Numbered from the stretch's first letter, positions 38,562-48,996 are shown. The stretch is 64,000 bases of DNA from an uncultured Gammaproteobacteria bacterium (GCA_964573695.1 CAZNKB010000001.1:231-64230), one strand, 5' to 3'. The notes: generated by a model from the sequence alone, not told the origin. Made by a program: numbers and translations.

Positions 38562-39320
38562 ATGGAACTACTCTTTGCAGGCATGACCCCGGTGATTATT
38601 ATCGTATTAGTAGCTATTCTTTCGTCTCTAAAACAGGTAAACGAATACGAACGCGGCGTGCAGTTTACTTTTGGACGCTTTTCCGGGGTTATGGAGCCTG
38701 GTTGGCGCATAGTTCTTCCTATCGTTCAGACGTGGCAAAAAGTCGATGTCCGCACAAAAGTAGTAGAAGAACCCGACCAGGAAGCCATTACCAAAGACAA
38801 TGTCAGCACCAAGATAACCGCTGTTATTTACTACAAAATCATCGACGCCAAAAAAACAATTTTGGAGGTGGAAAATTTTTATTGGGCAGTTTCGCAACTT
38901 GCTCAGACCACAATGCGCAACGTCATAGGAGAGGTCACACTGGATCAACTCCTTACCCAACGGCATGAATTAGCTCTCAAAATACGCGATATCGTCGAAA
39001 AATCCGCAGGGCAATGGGGCTTGGATGTATCGAGTGTGGAATTAAAAGACATCAAGCTCCCCGAATCCATGGTGCGTACCATGGCGAAACAGGCAGAAGC
39101 AGAGCGGGAAAAACGCGCGACGATTATCAACTCCGAAGGAGAAGTGATCGCATCCAAAAATCTTGCTATCGCTGCCGAAACCATGGCCCACACACCGGGA
39201 GCGCTTCATCTTCGAACACTCAATTCTATTAATGACATTTCCTCAGACCAATCCAACACGGTCGTATTTACCGTACCGTTAGAAATCCTGCACGCGATCG
39301 AAGGGTTTAAGAAAAAATAA
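38562..39320 (+). CDS. SPFH/band-7 (stomatin-like) protein
   Basis: EYERGV, ITKDNV, AQTTMRNVIG, QAEAEREKRA, LRTL. Confidence 0.93.
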   Translation: MELLFAGMTPVIIIVLVAILSSLKQVNEYERGVQFTFGRFSGVMEPGWRIVLPIVQTWQKVDVRTKVVEEPDQEAITKDNVSTKITAVIYYKIIDAKKTILEVENFYWAVSQLAQTTMRNVIGEVTLDQLLTQRHELALKIRDIVEKSAGQWGLDVSSVELKDIKLPESMVRTMAKQAEAEREKRATIINSEGEVIASKNLAIAAETMAHTPGALHLRTLNSINDISSDQSNTVVFTVPLEILHAIEGFKKK

Positions 39321-39328
39321 CCACCAGC

Positions 39329-40360
39329 CTACTCTTCTGTGGGAGGTGCTATTTTCGGTGTGGCGTGGCCGGATTTGACGGCTTTCCAAATGGCCTCTGT
39401 TATCTCTTTGGTGATTTTTCCGTTTTCTTTAAGATACAGTTTTGCCGCCTCTTTACCCTGGCCGAGCATTTGCGTCCCGTACTTTAGGAACGCTCCTGAT
39501 TTGGAAATAATATTAAATTCCACTCCGACGTCAAGCAAACATCCTTCCTTAGAAACGCCGTCATGCATGACATCAAATTCCGCAATCCTGAATGGCGGGG
39601 ATACCTTGTTTTTCACCACCCGCACGCGGTGCCTGCTGCCGATTACTTTATCGCCGTCTTTGAGCGTTTCTGTTTTACGAGAGTCCATGCGGATACTCGC
39701 ATAAAACTTGAGTGCCATACCACCCGTCGTCGTTTCGGGATTTCCAAACATCACGCCGATTTTTTGGCGCAATTGATTGGTAAATATAACCACTGCTTTG
39801 GATTTTGATATGACTGCAGTCAGCTTACGAAGCGCCTGAGACATAAGCCTTGCATGTACTCCCATCATGCTGTCGCCCATTTCACCCTCAATTTCGGCAC
39901 GAGGAACCAATGCTGCCACAGAATCGATGACGATGATATCAACCCCACCGCTTCTGATAAGTGTTTCAGCTATCTCGAGCGCCTGCTCTCCCGTATCCGG
40001 CTGTGAAATCAGAAGATCATCGAGCTTGACGCCCAGAATTTCCGCCCATTGCGGATCCAGTGCGTGTTCCGCATCGATAAACGCCGCGACGCCACCGTTT
40101 TTCTGAGCCTCCGCAATAATAGAAAGACACACGGTCGTTTTTCCGGAAGCCTCCGGTCCGTAAATTTCTACAATTCTTCCCCGGGGAACCCCTCCGACTC
40201 CAAGAGCCAGATCGAGCGGTAAAATACCGGAGGAAACCACATCAATCGCATCTCGGATATTTGCCTTTTCTCCCAGTTTCATAATGGAACCTTTTCCGTA
40301 CTGCTTCTCTATCTGTTCCATTGCGAGTCTGATTGCCTGAAGTTTTTGGTCTTGTGCCAT
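39329..40360 (-). CDS. recA: Recombinase RecA
   Basis: [38 protein letters not shown]. Confidence 0.98.
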   Translation of the reverse strand: MAQDQKLQAIRLAMEQIEKQYGKGSIMKLGEKANIRDAIDVVSSGILPLDLALGVGGVPRGRIVEIYGPEASGKTTVCLSIIAEAQKNGGVAAFIDAEHALDPQWAEILGVKLDDLLISQPDTGEQALEIAETLIRSGGVDIIVIDSVAALVPRAEIEGEMGDSMMGVHARLMSQALRKLTAVISKSKAVVIFTNQLRQKIGVMFGNPETTTGGMALKFYASIRMDSRKTETLKDGDKVIGSRHRVRVVKNKVSPPFRIAEFDVMHDGVSKEGCLLDVGVEFNIISKSGAFLKYGTQMLGQGKEAAKLYLKENGKITKEITEAIWKAVKSGHATPKIAPPTEE

Positions 40361-40440
40361 AAAGTACCTCCTGTGGGAAGAATGTTGGGGCAGACCTACG
40401 ACACTTCATCGCAGGATCTTACCCATTTTTGCATAATAAA

Positions 40441-40449
40441 TGGTAGAAT
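40441..40449 (+). promoter_or_regulatory. Extended -10 promoter for the tRNA locus
   Basis: TGgTAGAAT, 12 nt before the outer tRNA 5' end. Confidence 0.55.
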
Positions 40450-40461
40450 ACAAGGATTAAG

Positions 40462-40736
<275 letters not shown>

Positions 40737-40746
40737 CAAAATGAGG

Positions 40747-42246
40747 CTACGGAGATATATGTTGCAGTATTATCAACTTATCGATAACGGGTCCTATCTG
40801 TTGTGCGATAAGCTTGTTTCCTTCACGGGTTGCATGACCGAAATTTCCCCCGAAATAATCAGTAAATAAATCCTGATACCTCATACCACGTAACGCATCC
40901 TGAAAATTCTTCTTATTTTCTACCACAAATATACTAGCAGGTTGTTCTCTCATATCCTTGGCAAACAACTCCGTGAGCGGTAAAGCGGACTGAAGCGGGT
41001 ATTGCACCGCAATGACCGGTATATGATACTCGCCGGCTATATCGATAATTCTTCTGTAGTTGAATTTTGTCATCGGATGTAAATCATCTGAAACCGGTAA
41101 CACGCCCAACGACAGAACTCCTGAAGCGGAAGAAGCGCGGTTGTTTTGTTCTATGACAGCTAAACTCGCCATCGCATTCGCATTATTAGAGTCAATCTCC
41201 AACACCTTCTCAAAAAGCCCGACAGCTATGTCTAACCTATTTCGCTTACGATATATCTCGGCAAGCTCAAAATACGGTGCCAAAAATTTCGGATTATATT
41301 GTATAGCACTTCGATACAACACTGACGCTTTTTCATCATCGTTCAAGAACCAGGAATTGAGCGTCCCGTACTCTGAGTAGGCAAGCCAATACTGCGGATT
41401 TAGCCGTAAGGCGATCTCATACATTTCTCCTGCCAAGACGGTCTGACCGTTGTCCCGGTAAAAATTTCCAAGCTCTGTGTATACACCTTCTGATTTAGGG
41501 TTCACTTCCTTTGCCTTTAGTAACATACGTTCCGCTTCCAGGTTTCTCGAAACATCCCTGTACAGTAATGCCAGATGCACATAATGGCCGGCGTTTGCCG
41601 GGTCTATCGTGATACACCGAAGAAAATATTTTTCCGCCTGCCCGTATTGACCAAATATACGGAACTGTTCACCTTTTTGGTTAAGCTTATGAGCATCATG
41701 ATCCACATACATATCCCGCATATATACAAACAAATTTTTTGCACTATCTAGCACACGACGAAAGAACTGTAAACTGAGAAACACACCCGGGGGTTCACTT
41801 ATGTCAGTAGGAAAAAAACGAAACGAGTCCACACGACTATCATTTATCCCTATCATGCTTACAACGACATCCGGCTGAAACTGGATAATCTGCTTTTTCA
41901 GATTGCCCGCTATTATACTTGTGTTAGTTCCCGGAACAGCCTGGTTGATAACGTGTATGGAGCGGTCGGGGTAAGTTAGCTGTAATATTTTTTCGAGTTG
42001 TCTGGGCCAGGTGTCAGGATTCTTTCCGGCTGTTGTGGACTCGCCTAGCGTCAGAATTACAAAATCTTTTGACGTCGTTATCTGATTATCCCGATTCGCG
42101 TAAATCACCGCAAATCCCCAAAGCCGAAGCAGCAATTCTAACGTCAAAAGCCACATGAGAACGGCAATACAAAAGAATATAAAACCGTGAATACCTCTTT
42201 TTATATGCGCTCTATACATATGAAAAAATATCTTCGCTTTATCCAT
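40747..42246 (-). CDS. Membrane-anchored SGNH/GDSL-like hydrolase with inserted TPR array
   Basis: LGESTT, NQAVPG, MIGIND, about 5 TPRs, C-terminal FGHATREGNKLIA; start moved to MDKAK to avoid overlapping trmH. Confidence 0.75.
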   Translation of the reverse strand: MDKAKIFFHMYRAHIKRGIHGFIFFCIAVLMWLLTLELLLRLWGFAVIYANRDNQITTSKDFVILTLGESTTAGKNPDTWPRQLEKILQLTYPDRSIHVINQAVPGTNTSIIAGNLKKQIIQFQPDVVVSMIGINDSRVDSFRFFPTDISEPPGVFLSLQFFRRVLDSAKNLFVYMRDMYVDHDAHKLNQKGEQFRIFGQYGQAEKYFLRCITIDPANAGHYVHLALLYRDVSRNLEAERMLLKAKEVNPKSEGVYTELGNFYRDNGQTVLAGEMYEIALRLNPQYWLAYSEYGTLNSWFLNDDEKASVLYRSAIQYNPKFLAPYFELAEIYRKRNRLDIAVGLFEKVLEIDSNNANAMASLAVIEQNNRASSASGVLSLGVLPVSDDLHPMTKFNYRRIIDIAGEYHIPVIAVQYPLQSALPLTELFAKDMREQPASIFVVENKKNFQDALRGMRYQDLFTDYFGGNFGHATREGNKLIAQQIGPVIDKLIILQHISP

Positions 42247-42337
42247 AGACAAATATCTATCTCTCGCGAATTGACATGAACCTTTGTACCTGAAATGCGA
42301 CGCAAAATTGACCTTCACTCGTAGTATACTCGTTGTG

Positions 42338-42931
42338 ATGCAATCCAAGCGCCTGGAACGAATAACACGCGTGGTAGAAAACCGCCAGCAAGGTATGATC
42401 GTCGTGTTGGAAGATATCCACGATCCGCATAATGCTGCTGCTATTTTGCGTACCTGCGACGCCCTCGGAATACAAAACATCTGGTTCATCTTTGAAAAAG
42501 AAACAAAATATAATCCTAAACGGATCGGAAAAGCAACCAGTTCTTCCGCAAATAAGTGGATTGACATTGAGATATTCTCATCCACCTCTTCTTGCATCAG
42601 GGCGCTCAAAAAACAAGGGTACGCCATAATAGCAACATCCCTTACGCCAAATGCATCGTCACTGCTTGCTCATCAGTTTGTGGAAAAAAAGATTGCGCTG
42701 GTGGTAGGAAACGAGCACGACGGGGTGTCAGAAGAAATGCTGCAGCATGCCGATATCGTGCTAAAAATCCCCATGTTGGGATTTGTCCAAAGCCTCAACG
42801 TTTCCGTCGCGACAGCTATTACACTCTGGGAAATTACCAAACACCGAATGTTTTCCGGCTCCACATTCGTATTAGGAAAAAAGGATCAGCAAAAACTTCT
42901 TAAAGACTTTTTGGAACGCGCCAAAAAGTAA
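42338..42931 (+). CDS. trmH: tRNA (Gm18) 2'-O-methyltransferase TrmH (SPOUT)
   Basis: EDIHDPHNAAAILRTCDA, SANKW, GNEHDG, IPMLGFVQSLNVSVA. Confidence 0.88.
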   Translation: MQSKRLERITRVVENRQQGMIVVLEDIHDPHNAAAILRTCDALGIQNIWFIFEKETKYNPKRIGKATSSSANKWIDIEIFSSTSSCIRALKKQGYAIIATSLTPNASSLLAHQFVEKKIALVVGNEHDGVSEEMLQHADIVLKIPMLGFVQSLNVSVATAITLWEITKHRMFSGSTFVLGKKDQQKLLKDFLERAKK

Positions 42932-43033
42932 TCTTTTTAGAAATCTTCTATAGGGAAAAGAGCAGCAACGGTTTATTCGGGCTTTGACCGAAGCTGCGTC
43001 GAGAAAAACCACAGCATTTGTCTCGAAACGAGC

Positions 43034-43492
43034 TTAGCGCTTCGGGGATTGTTTGCGTGCACGGGCTTTTCCGGCGAATCCTGCCTTGCGGCGTTCTTTC
43101 TTACGCGGATCACGAGTCATAAAGCCACGTTTTTTGAGAATCGGTCGGAATTTTTCCTTGTCGGTTTTCTCGAGAGCCCGTGCAATGCCGTGGACCACGG
43201 CTCCCAATTGTCCCGCATGTCCTCCACCGGTCAATATTATACTGGTGACAAATCTTCCAATCGTGTTGGTCGTCCGGAATGGTTCCAAGTATACCTTCTT
43301 CGCGACCTCTCCGGGGAAATATGTTTCGGCGGGCTTACCGTTTATGATAAATTCGCCTTTTGCTACAGTGACCCCTCGAACAACAACGCTTTCCTCTTTG
43401 GCGACGTACAGCCGAACCCGAGCTGTTGCATTTTTTCTCCGGCCTACCGCTTCGTAATAAGAAACCTTTGAATCTATCAGTTCATCTGTCAT
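43034..43492 (-). CDS. rpsI: 30S ribosomal protein S9
   Basis: GRRK, GGG..GQ, TRDPR.KERRK, C-terminal KR. Confidence 0.97.
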   Translation of the reverse strand: MTDELIDSKVSYYEAVGRRKNATARVRLYVAKEESVVVRGVTVAKGEFIINGKPAETYFPGEVAKKVYLEPFRTTNTIGRFVTSIILTGGGHAGQLGAVVHGIARALEKTDKEKFRPILKKRGFMTRDPRKKERRKAGFAGKARARKQSPKR

Positions 43493-43497
43493 AGTAT

Positions 43498-43926
43498 TTA
43501 TTTTGTAAATTTGCTGCCGAATTTATGCGTATCCTCAGGATTGACATGAAGACGGGCGATCATACCATGGCGCAATCTGTTTTTCGGAAGCATTCCCATG
43601 ACCGCTGCCCGAATAATGTCCTGCGGCCGATCGACCCGCAACTGCCATAGTGCTTTTGTCTTAAGTCCTCCCGGATATCCGGAATACCGAGTATACATCT
43701 TTTCTTTCTCTTTGTGACCGGTCACTTTAATGTGCTTTGCATTGATCACTACGACATAATCCCCGCAGTCTAAATTCCGCACGAAGTACGGCTTGGATTT
43801 ACCGATCAGCTTAGCGGCAATTTCTACGGCGACCCGGCCCAGTACCTTATCTTTCGCGTCAATAAGCACCCAGGAACGGGATATTTCGCTTGCTTTTGTG
43901 GCATTGGTTGATTTTGTTGCGTTCAT
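43498..43926 (-). CDS. rplM: 50S ribosomal protein L13
   Basis: IDA...LGR, DCGDYVVVIN, SGYPGG, GMLPKN. Confidence 0.97.
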   Translation of the reverse strand: MNATKSTNATKASEISRSWVLIDAKDKVLGRVAVEIAAKLIGKSKPYFVRNLDCGDYVVVINAKHIKVTGHKEKEKMYTRYSGYPGGLKTKALWQLRVDRPQDIIRAAVMGMLPKNRLRHGMIARLHVNPEDTHKFGSKFTK

Positions 43927-43930
43927 ACTA

Positions 43931-44422
43931 TTATTTGGTCGTTGTTTTCCTGGCCTTTGCTTTTTGTTTGGACTGTTCTTCCTGTACCACTTCAGCTTCT
44001 ACAACTGCCGGTACCTTTTTCGATACCTTGGTAGTCTTGGGTACTTTAACTGCTTCTTGGACAGGGGCAGCGTCGACGAATTCTAGGTATACCATTTCGG
44101 ACGCATCGCCCTTGCGGGTACCCAATTTCACAACCCGTGTATATCCGCTTGTTCGAGAACCAAACCTAGTCTTGGTCATTTCGGTAAGGGTCGTAAGGGC
44201 AATCCTATCGGAAAGCGTTTTGTGCGCCTCGCGCACGGCACCACTGGTGGCCTTCTTCACCTGGGTGATAAGCTTTTCGACCATGGGTTGGATCGATTTG
44301 GCTTTCGCAAACGTCGTGCGAATTCTTCCGTGCATGATTAATTCACGCGAAAGATTCCGGAATAATTGCTTCCGTTCATCCTTGTTCCTACCTAATTTGC
44401 GTCCAAAATACCCGTGTTTCAT
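43931..44422 (-). CDS. rplQ: 50S ribosomal protein L17 with K/E-rich tail
   Basis: RKLGR, IRTT.AKAK, SGYTR, RKGD. Confidence 0.96.
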   Translation of the reverse strand: MKHGYFGRKLGRNKDERKQLFRNLSRELIMHGRIRTTFAKAKSIQPMVEKLITQVKKATSGAVREAHKTLSDRIALTTLTEMTKTRFGSRTSGYTRVVKLGTRKGDASEMVYLEFVDAAPVQEAVKVPKTTKVSKKVPAVVEAEVVQEEQSKQKAKARKTTTK

Positions 44423-44428
44423 ACTCGT

Positions 44429-45349
44429 TTAGACAGTAAGTGCTACTCCCTTTTCCCGAAGTTTCTCTTCCACTATGGAAAGAGATTTTGCTCCAAGATT
44501 CTTAATCTTCATGAGTTCAACTCGCGGGGTTCCCAATAGTTGACCTATCGTTTCTATACTGCCCCGTGCCAACGCATTGACGATGCGGGTTGGAATATCA
44601 AGCTCCTCAATACGCATTTTAAGCACTTCGTCAGAAATTGACGGTGTCACTGCCACCGCGTCATCCGAAACTTTGGCTTTCGGCTCAAACACCTGCAAAA
44701 AATATGACACCAGCACTTTAGATGCGCTGCGAAGAGCATCGAGCGGACCTATTGTTTCATCCGTCCAGATCTCCATCACTAATTTATCCAAGTTTGTCAT
44801 TCTTCCCACGCGGGTAGCATCCACACGATAATTCACCCGGACCACAGGGCTATATAGTGAATCCATAGGAATCCGTCCTACTTCATTAAGATGCCGTTCG
44901 TCTGCCTGAATATACCCATATCCTTTTTCTACGGTAGCTTCCAAATCTAGTTCTGCCTTTTTGTCCGTAAGGGTAGCAATATGCAGATTCGGGTTTGCGA
45001 TCGAAATCCCGGCCGGAACTTCAAAATCTTCTGCTGTGACAGCTCCCGGTCCTTTTTTGGTGAGCTTCAACACTGCAGAGTCCCCGTCGGCCATAGACAA
45101 ACGGACTTTTTTGAGATTCAAAATAAGTTCAACAACATCCTCTTTGAGTCCTGCAAGGGTACTAAACTGATGCGCCACTCCACTCACTTTGATAGAAGTA
45201 ATGGCGGCTCCCGGCAAAGACGAAAGCAATACGCGGCGAAGGCTATTGCCCAGTGTATGACCATATCCTTGTTCGAGCGGCTCTATGACAAACATGCCAT
45301 AGCCTGGTTTTTCTACTTCTGTTTTTATGACGAAATTTGGGTCTATCAT
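44429..45349 (-). CDS. rpoA: RNA polymerase alpha subunit
   Basis: EPLEQGYGHTLGNSLRRVLLSS, NLGAKS. Confidence 0.98.
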   Translation of the reverse strand: MIDPNFVIKTEVEKPGYGMFVIEPLEQGYGHTLGNSLRRVLLSSLPGAAITSIKVSGVAHQFSTLAGLKEDVVELILNLKKVRLSMADGDSAVLKLTKKGPGAVTAEDFEVPAGISIANPNLHIATLTDKKAELDLEATVEKGYGYIQADERHLNEVGRIPMDSLYSPVVRVNYRVDATRVGRMTNLDKLVMEIWTDETIGPLDALRSASKVLVSYFLQVFEPKAKVSDDAVAVTPSISDEVLKMRIEELDIPTRIVNALARGSIETIGQLLGTPRVELMKIKNLGAKSLSIVEEKLREKGVALTV

Positions 45350-45420
45350 AAATATATGCTTAGAGCGTAATGCAGAGATGACTTAAGCGTTTAAGCCGTC
45401 ACTGCGTTTGCCCTACCTCC

Positions 45421-46041
45421 TTAACGAGAATAATACTCGATAACCAATTGTGTATTAATGTCTTCTTTCACGTCGTCACGTTCCGGTAACCTGGTTACCT
45501 TTCCCGTGCCAGACTGACGAAGCAGCCAACCAGCGGGAACAAATGTCTTATCGTCGAGCATTTTTTTGATAGCCGGTATATTGGCTGATTTAGATTTAAG
45601 CGTAATCACTTCATCTTTGGCAACCAAATACGACGGGATATTGACCTTTTTCCCGTTGACGAACACGTGACCATGGGACACGAACTGACGGGCAGATGTA
45701 CGGGTTGGTGCAAGTCCCAGGCGGAACAGCGTGTTATCGAGCCTGCGTTCCAAAAACTGCACGAGCATATCACCGGTGTTTCCCCGCCATTTCCGTGCCA
45801 TGGCGTAGTATCTCCTGAACTGTCGCTCCATTACTCCATACAGGCGCTTCACCTTCTGTTTTTCGCGAAGTTGAACTCCGTATCCGGAAAGCTTTCTCCG
45901 CATTTTTTGACCGTGTTGTCCCGGCGGAACATTAAGCCGACGCTGCAATCCGGCATGACTTTTGGTACCAATTGTCTTAAGGCCCAAGTCAATGCCTTCT
46001 TTTCGTGCTAATCTATTTTTTGGTCCTGTATATCGTGCCAT
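45421..46041 (-). CDS. rpsD: 30S ribosomal protein S4
   Basis: MARYTGP, PGQHG, LERRLDN, IEYYSR. Confidence 0.98.
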   Translation of the reverse strand: MARYTGPKNRLARKEGIDLGLKTIGTKSHAGLQRRLNVPPGQHGQKMRRKLSGYGVQLREKQKVKRLYGVMERQFRRYYAMARKWRGNTGDMLVQFLERRLDNTLFRLGLAPTRTSARQFVSHGHVFVNGKKVNIPSYLVAKDEVITLKSKSANIPAIKKMLDDKTFVPAGWLLRQSGTGKVTRLPERDDVKEDINTQLVIEYYSR

Positions 46042-46042
46042 A

Positions 46043-46414
46043 TTATACTCTCCGTTTTTTCTTTGGTCTGACTCCGTTGTGCGGAATCGGCGTCACATCG
46101 GCAATTAACGAAATCCCCAATCCCACGGCTTTAAGCGCGCGAAGTGCGGCATCTCGGCCTGCGCCCGGCCCTTTGATATAGACTTCCACTTCACGAAGCC
46201 CTGCATCCATAGCTTTGCGAGCAACACCCTCAACTGCAGTCGTTGCGGCATAGGGAGTAGCCCGCCTGGCTCCCTTAAATCCCACAAGTCCTGAAGAACC
46301 CCAATAGAGCGAATTTCCGTGCTCATCCGTTATGGTGACCAGCGTATTATTAAACGTAGCCGTAATATAGACTCTGCCTTTTGTCGGAATGGTTTTGGTG
46401 ACTTTTGTTGCCAT
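46043..46414 (-). CDS. rpsK: 30S ribosomal protein S11
   Basis: [22 protein letters not shown]. Confidence 0.98.
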   Translation of the reverse strand: MATKVTKTIPTKGRVYITATFNNTLVTITDEHGNSLYWGSSGLVGFKGARRATPYAATTAVEGVARKAMDAGLREVEVYIKGPGAGRDAALRALKAVGLGISLIADVTPIPHNGVRPKKKRRV

Positions 46415-46417
46415 AGG

Positions 46418-46828
46418 TTATTTGCTTTCTGCTGCTGGTGTCTCCTGTTTTGCGCGATCTTCTTTCTTGAGTGCCCCAACGGTCATACGCTTTCCTCGCT
46501 TGGTACGGGCATTTGTCCGTGTTCGTTGACCGCGACTCGGAAGTCTGCGGGAGTGCCGCATTCCGCGGTAGGATTTAATATCGATCAATCGTTTAATGTT
46601 GTTACCGACGGCCCTGCGCAAGTCTCCCTCTACCATAGCTTCTTTCTCTATGATTTTAGTCAATTTGCTCACCTCATCGTCGGTTAACGTTTTAAATCTG
46701 CGTGATCCGTCGAGTTCGGCTTTTTTGAGTATTCCGACGACGTTAGACCTGCCAATACCATACAAATATGTAAGGGCAATATCTAAACGCTTTTCGTTTG
46801 GTAAATCTACTCCTGATATACGTGCCAT
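46418..46828 (-). CDS. rpsM: 30S ribosomal protein S13
   Basis: MARISGVDLP, YRGMRH, RGQRTRTNART. Confidence 0.98.
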   Translation of the reverse strand: MARISGVDLPNEKRLDIALTYLYGIGRSNVVGILKKAELDGSRRFKTLTDDEVSKLTKIIEKEAMVEGDLRRAVGNNIKRLIDIKSYRGMRHSRRLPSRGQRTRTNARTKRGKRMTVGALKKEDRAKQETPAAESK

Positions 46829-46893
46829 GTTAGTTCATTGTTCACAGTCCATTGTTCATAGTTATCAGGCTATGAACCATGAACCATTTACTA
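46829..46893 (-). repeat. Heptamer-repeat hairpin spacer between rpmJ and rpsM
   Basis: ATGGTTC ATGGTTC ATAG...CTATGAA CAATGGA CTGTGAA CAATGAA. Confidence 0.5.
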
Positions 46894-47007
46894 TCATCCT
46901 TGCCGCTGTTTATGCTTCGGGTTTTCGCAAATGACATACACCCGTCCCCGTCGACGGACAACAGTACATTTCCTGCACATTGGTTTGATACTCGCACGAA
47001 CTTTCAT
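46894..47007 (-). CDS. rpmJ: 50S ribosomal protein L36 (Zn-binding form, 37 aa)
   Basis: [37 protein letters not shown]; not in the ORF track. Confidence 0.97.
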   Translation of the reverse strand: MKVRASIKPMCRKCTVVRRRGRVYVICENPKHKQRQG

Positions 47008-47014
47008 AATCCCT

Positions 47015-47233
47015 CTATTTCATCCGATAGGTGATCCTTCCCTTGGTCGGATCATATGGCGTCATCTCAATTTTTACCCGGTCACCCGGCATAATTCGGA
47101 TAAAATGCAAACGCATTTTACCGGACAGATGACAAAGTACTATATGACCGTTTGGCAACTTCACCCGGAACAACGTATTTGGCAAACACTCCGATACTTC
47201 ACCGTCTATCTCTATATTTCCCTGATGTGCCAT
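47015..47233 (-). CDS. infA: Translation initiation factor IF-1
   Basis: LPN..FRV, HLSGKMR, PGDRV, PYD..KGRI. Confidence 0.98.
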   Translation of the reverse strand: MAHQGNIEIDGEVSECLPNTLFRVKLPNGHIVLCHLSGKMRLHFIRIMPGDRVKIEMTPYDPTKGRITYRMK

Positions 47234-47286
47234 AAAATAACAACAAACTTCCCTCTTAGTTAGAGAGGGAAATTGTTAAGAGCCTT

Positions 47287-47315
47287 ATTGTACCGCATCC
47301 GAAGGCTTTGGTCAA
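47287..47315 (-). promoter_or_regulatory. sigma70 promoter for the infA-rpsI segment
   Basis: TTGACC-N17-TACAAT, followed by a leader hairpin TTCCCTCT/AGAGGGAA. Confidence 0.7.
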
Positions 47316-47340
47316 CCGTCGCTCTTTGGATAATTTAGCC

Positions 47341-48996
47341 TCAAAAATATCCGCTATTTATGATTTCCTGGCGCTTTTCATCATCTACCCAAACGGGAAA
47401 TTCTGCGCTTACCGAAGCGTATTTGGGAGACGCACTGAGTATTCGCGTCAGCGCATTATCAAGCCTGCCCGCAATATCCAGATGATTACCGAGAATATTA
47501 TTCTGCTCTAACGGATCCGTCATGAGATCGTACAGCTCAACATAACGCTTCACGAGAGAGTTATTTTTATACATTTTCCAACGGTTGTTACGGATAGACG
47601 TAATCTGATTCCCGCGATGCTGTCCGATAAGATACCGCTCGCCTACAAACTGCTCTCCGCGGCCTTGAAGCACAGGCACCATACTCAATCCTTCAACCGG
47701 GGAGATTTGCGGAATCCCGACAAGAGCAAGAAGTGTCGGATAAATATCGACAGCTTGGATAAGCTCATGAAACACCCCTGTGGCTACCCTTGGCACCGAC
47801 ATTATAAACGGCGCGTGCGTCGATGTGTTGTATATATTCCACCCGTGATCGAATTCTCCATGCTCCAACAAATCCTCACCATTATCAGAAAAAATGATCA
47901 CTATGGTTTTCCGTTTAATTTCGGGGCGGTTCACAAAATCCAAGAGCGCTTTCATATCCCGATCCACCTGGAAAAGCCGCTCATCATACATGCCTTGCAT
48001 ATAGGCAATCATTTCCGGATTCCCTTTGTCTACTATTCTCCAGTACCACCCTATATATAAATCGTACTGCTCGTACATCGGGAACGTCCAGAACACCCGT
48101 TGCGCTTTCGTCAAATCGCCATGTGTTACTGCAGACTGCAACTCGGAAACGATGCGCTTGTTCCGCTGCACGCTTTCCGGCGTCAGACTGAGCGCGAGAC
48201 GCTTCTGAAACTCAGTAAGTGCGTACACATAAAACGGAAGAGTGTTTACATGAAATTCTTCCGCAGTAACCGGAACAATGGGAAAGGTCCGCGCCTTGGT
48301 AAATTGCCATGGGCCTTCTCCGGGTAAATACGGAGAATGCGGCGCATACGTATGCAGAAACATAAATGTCGGTTTGGTACCAAGAAACAATGGCAATAAT
48401 TTTTCATATTTCGCCGGCCAATTAGGAAGCGTGCCGTCTATTTGATGAAATTCCGTAAACCCCTGCTCTATTCCTTTGTCTAACGGTAAATTGACATCAT
48501 CCATTCCTCCCGCCCATACAGTCCGGTACCCATTGTTTCTCAGCAAACTGACGAACGAGGGAATATCAGGATTTAGCTTATCCTTGAGGGCTTCCAAGAC
48601 ATGATGCGTTGAAGGATACAGTCCGGTAAAAATAGACATGTGGCTATCAAGCGTAAATGACGACTGCGTATAAAAACGCGAAAACAATATGTTCTTGTCT
48701 GCAAACGAGCATAGATTAGGAGTGGTGTTGCGTTCGTATCCATAACAAGGCATCTCGTCCGCCCTCATAGTATCCAAATTTACCAGGATGATATTGCAAT
48801 CAGGACATACCGGCATTCCCGGTAGGGAAAACGGAAGTCTGGTAAACACCTCATTTCTCAGGGTTCGGATGCCTTTGGGAACTATGGAGAGCACGCCAAA
48901 GACGGCGACAAGGCTCACAATCACGCTGAACAATTGGCGCAATCTAAATCTTTTCGTAGACCTAGCTGAATCATTACCCGATGATTGTCGCATCAT
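47341..48996 (-). CDS. Membrane-anchored sulfatase-like hydrolase/transferase (AlkP superfamily)
   Basis: NIILVNLDTMRAD, FTLDSHMSIFTG, HSPY, SDNGE, ELYDL..DP.E. Confidence 0.88.
   Translation of the reverse strand: MMRQSSGNDSARSTKRFRLRQLFSVIVSLVAVFGVLSIVPKGIRTLRNEVFTRLPFSLPGMPVCPDCNIILVNLDTMRADEMPCYGYERNTTPNLCSFADKNILFSRFYTQSSFTLDSHMSIFTGLYPSTHHVLEALKDKLNPDIPSFVSLLRNNGYRTVWAGGMDDVNLPLDKGIEQGFTEFHQIDGTLPNWPAKYEKLLPLFLGTKPTFMFLHTYAPHSPYLPGEGPWQFTKARTFPIVPVTAEEFHVNTLPFYVYALTEFQKRLALSLTPESVQRNKRIVSELQSAVTHGDLTKAQRVFWTFPMYEQYDLYIGWYWRIVDKGNPEMIAYMQGMYDERLFQVDRDMKALLDFVNRPEIKRKTIVIIFSDNGEDLLEHGEFDHGWNIYNTSTHAPFIMSVPRVATGVFHELIQAVDIYPTLLALVGIPQISPVEGLSMVPVLQGRGEQFVGERYLIGQHRGNQITSIRNNRWKMYKNNSLVKRYVELYDLMTDPLEQNNILGNHLDIAGRLDNALTRILSASPKYASVSAEFPVWVDDEKRQEIINSGYF

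Noticed and set aside
42247-42627. N-terminal 127 aa of the 626-aa ORF overlapping trmH on the opposite strand
   Set aside because: It reads as antisense shadow of trmH; a plausible start with a TM segment begins at 42246.
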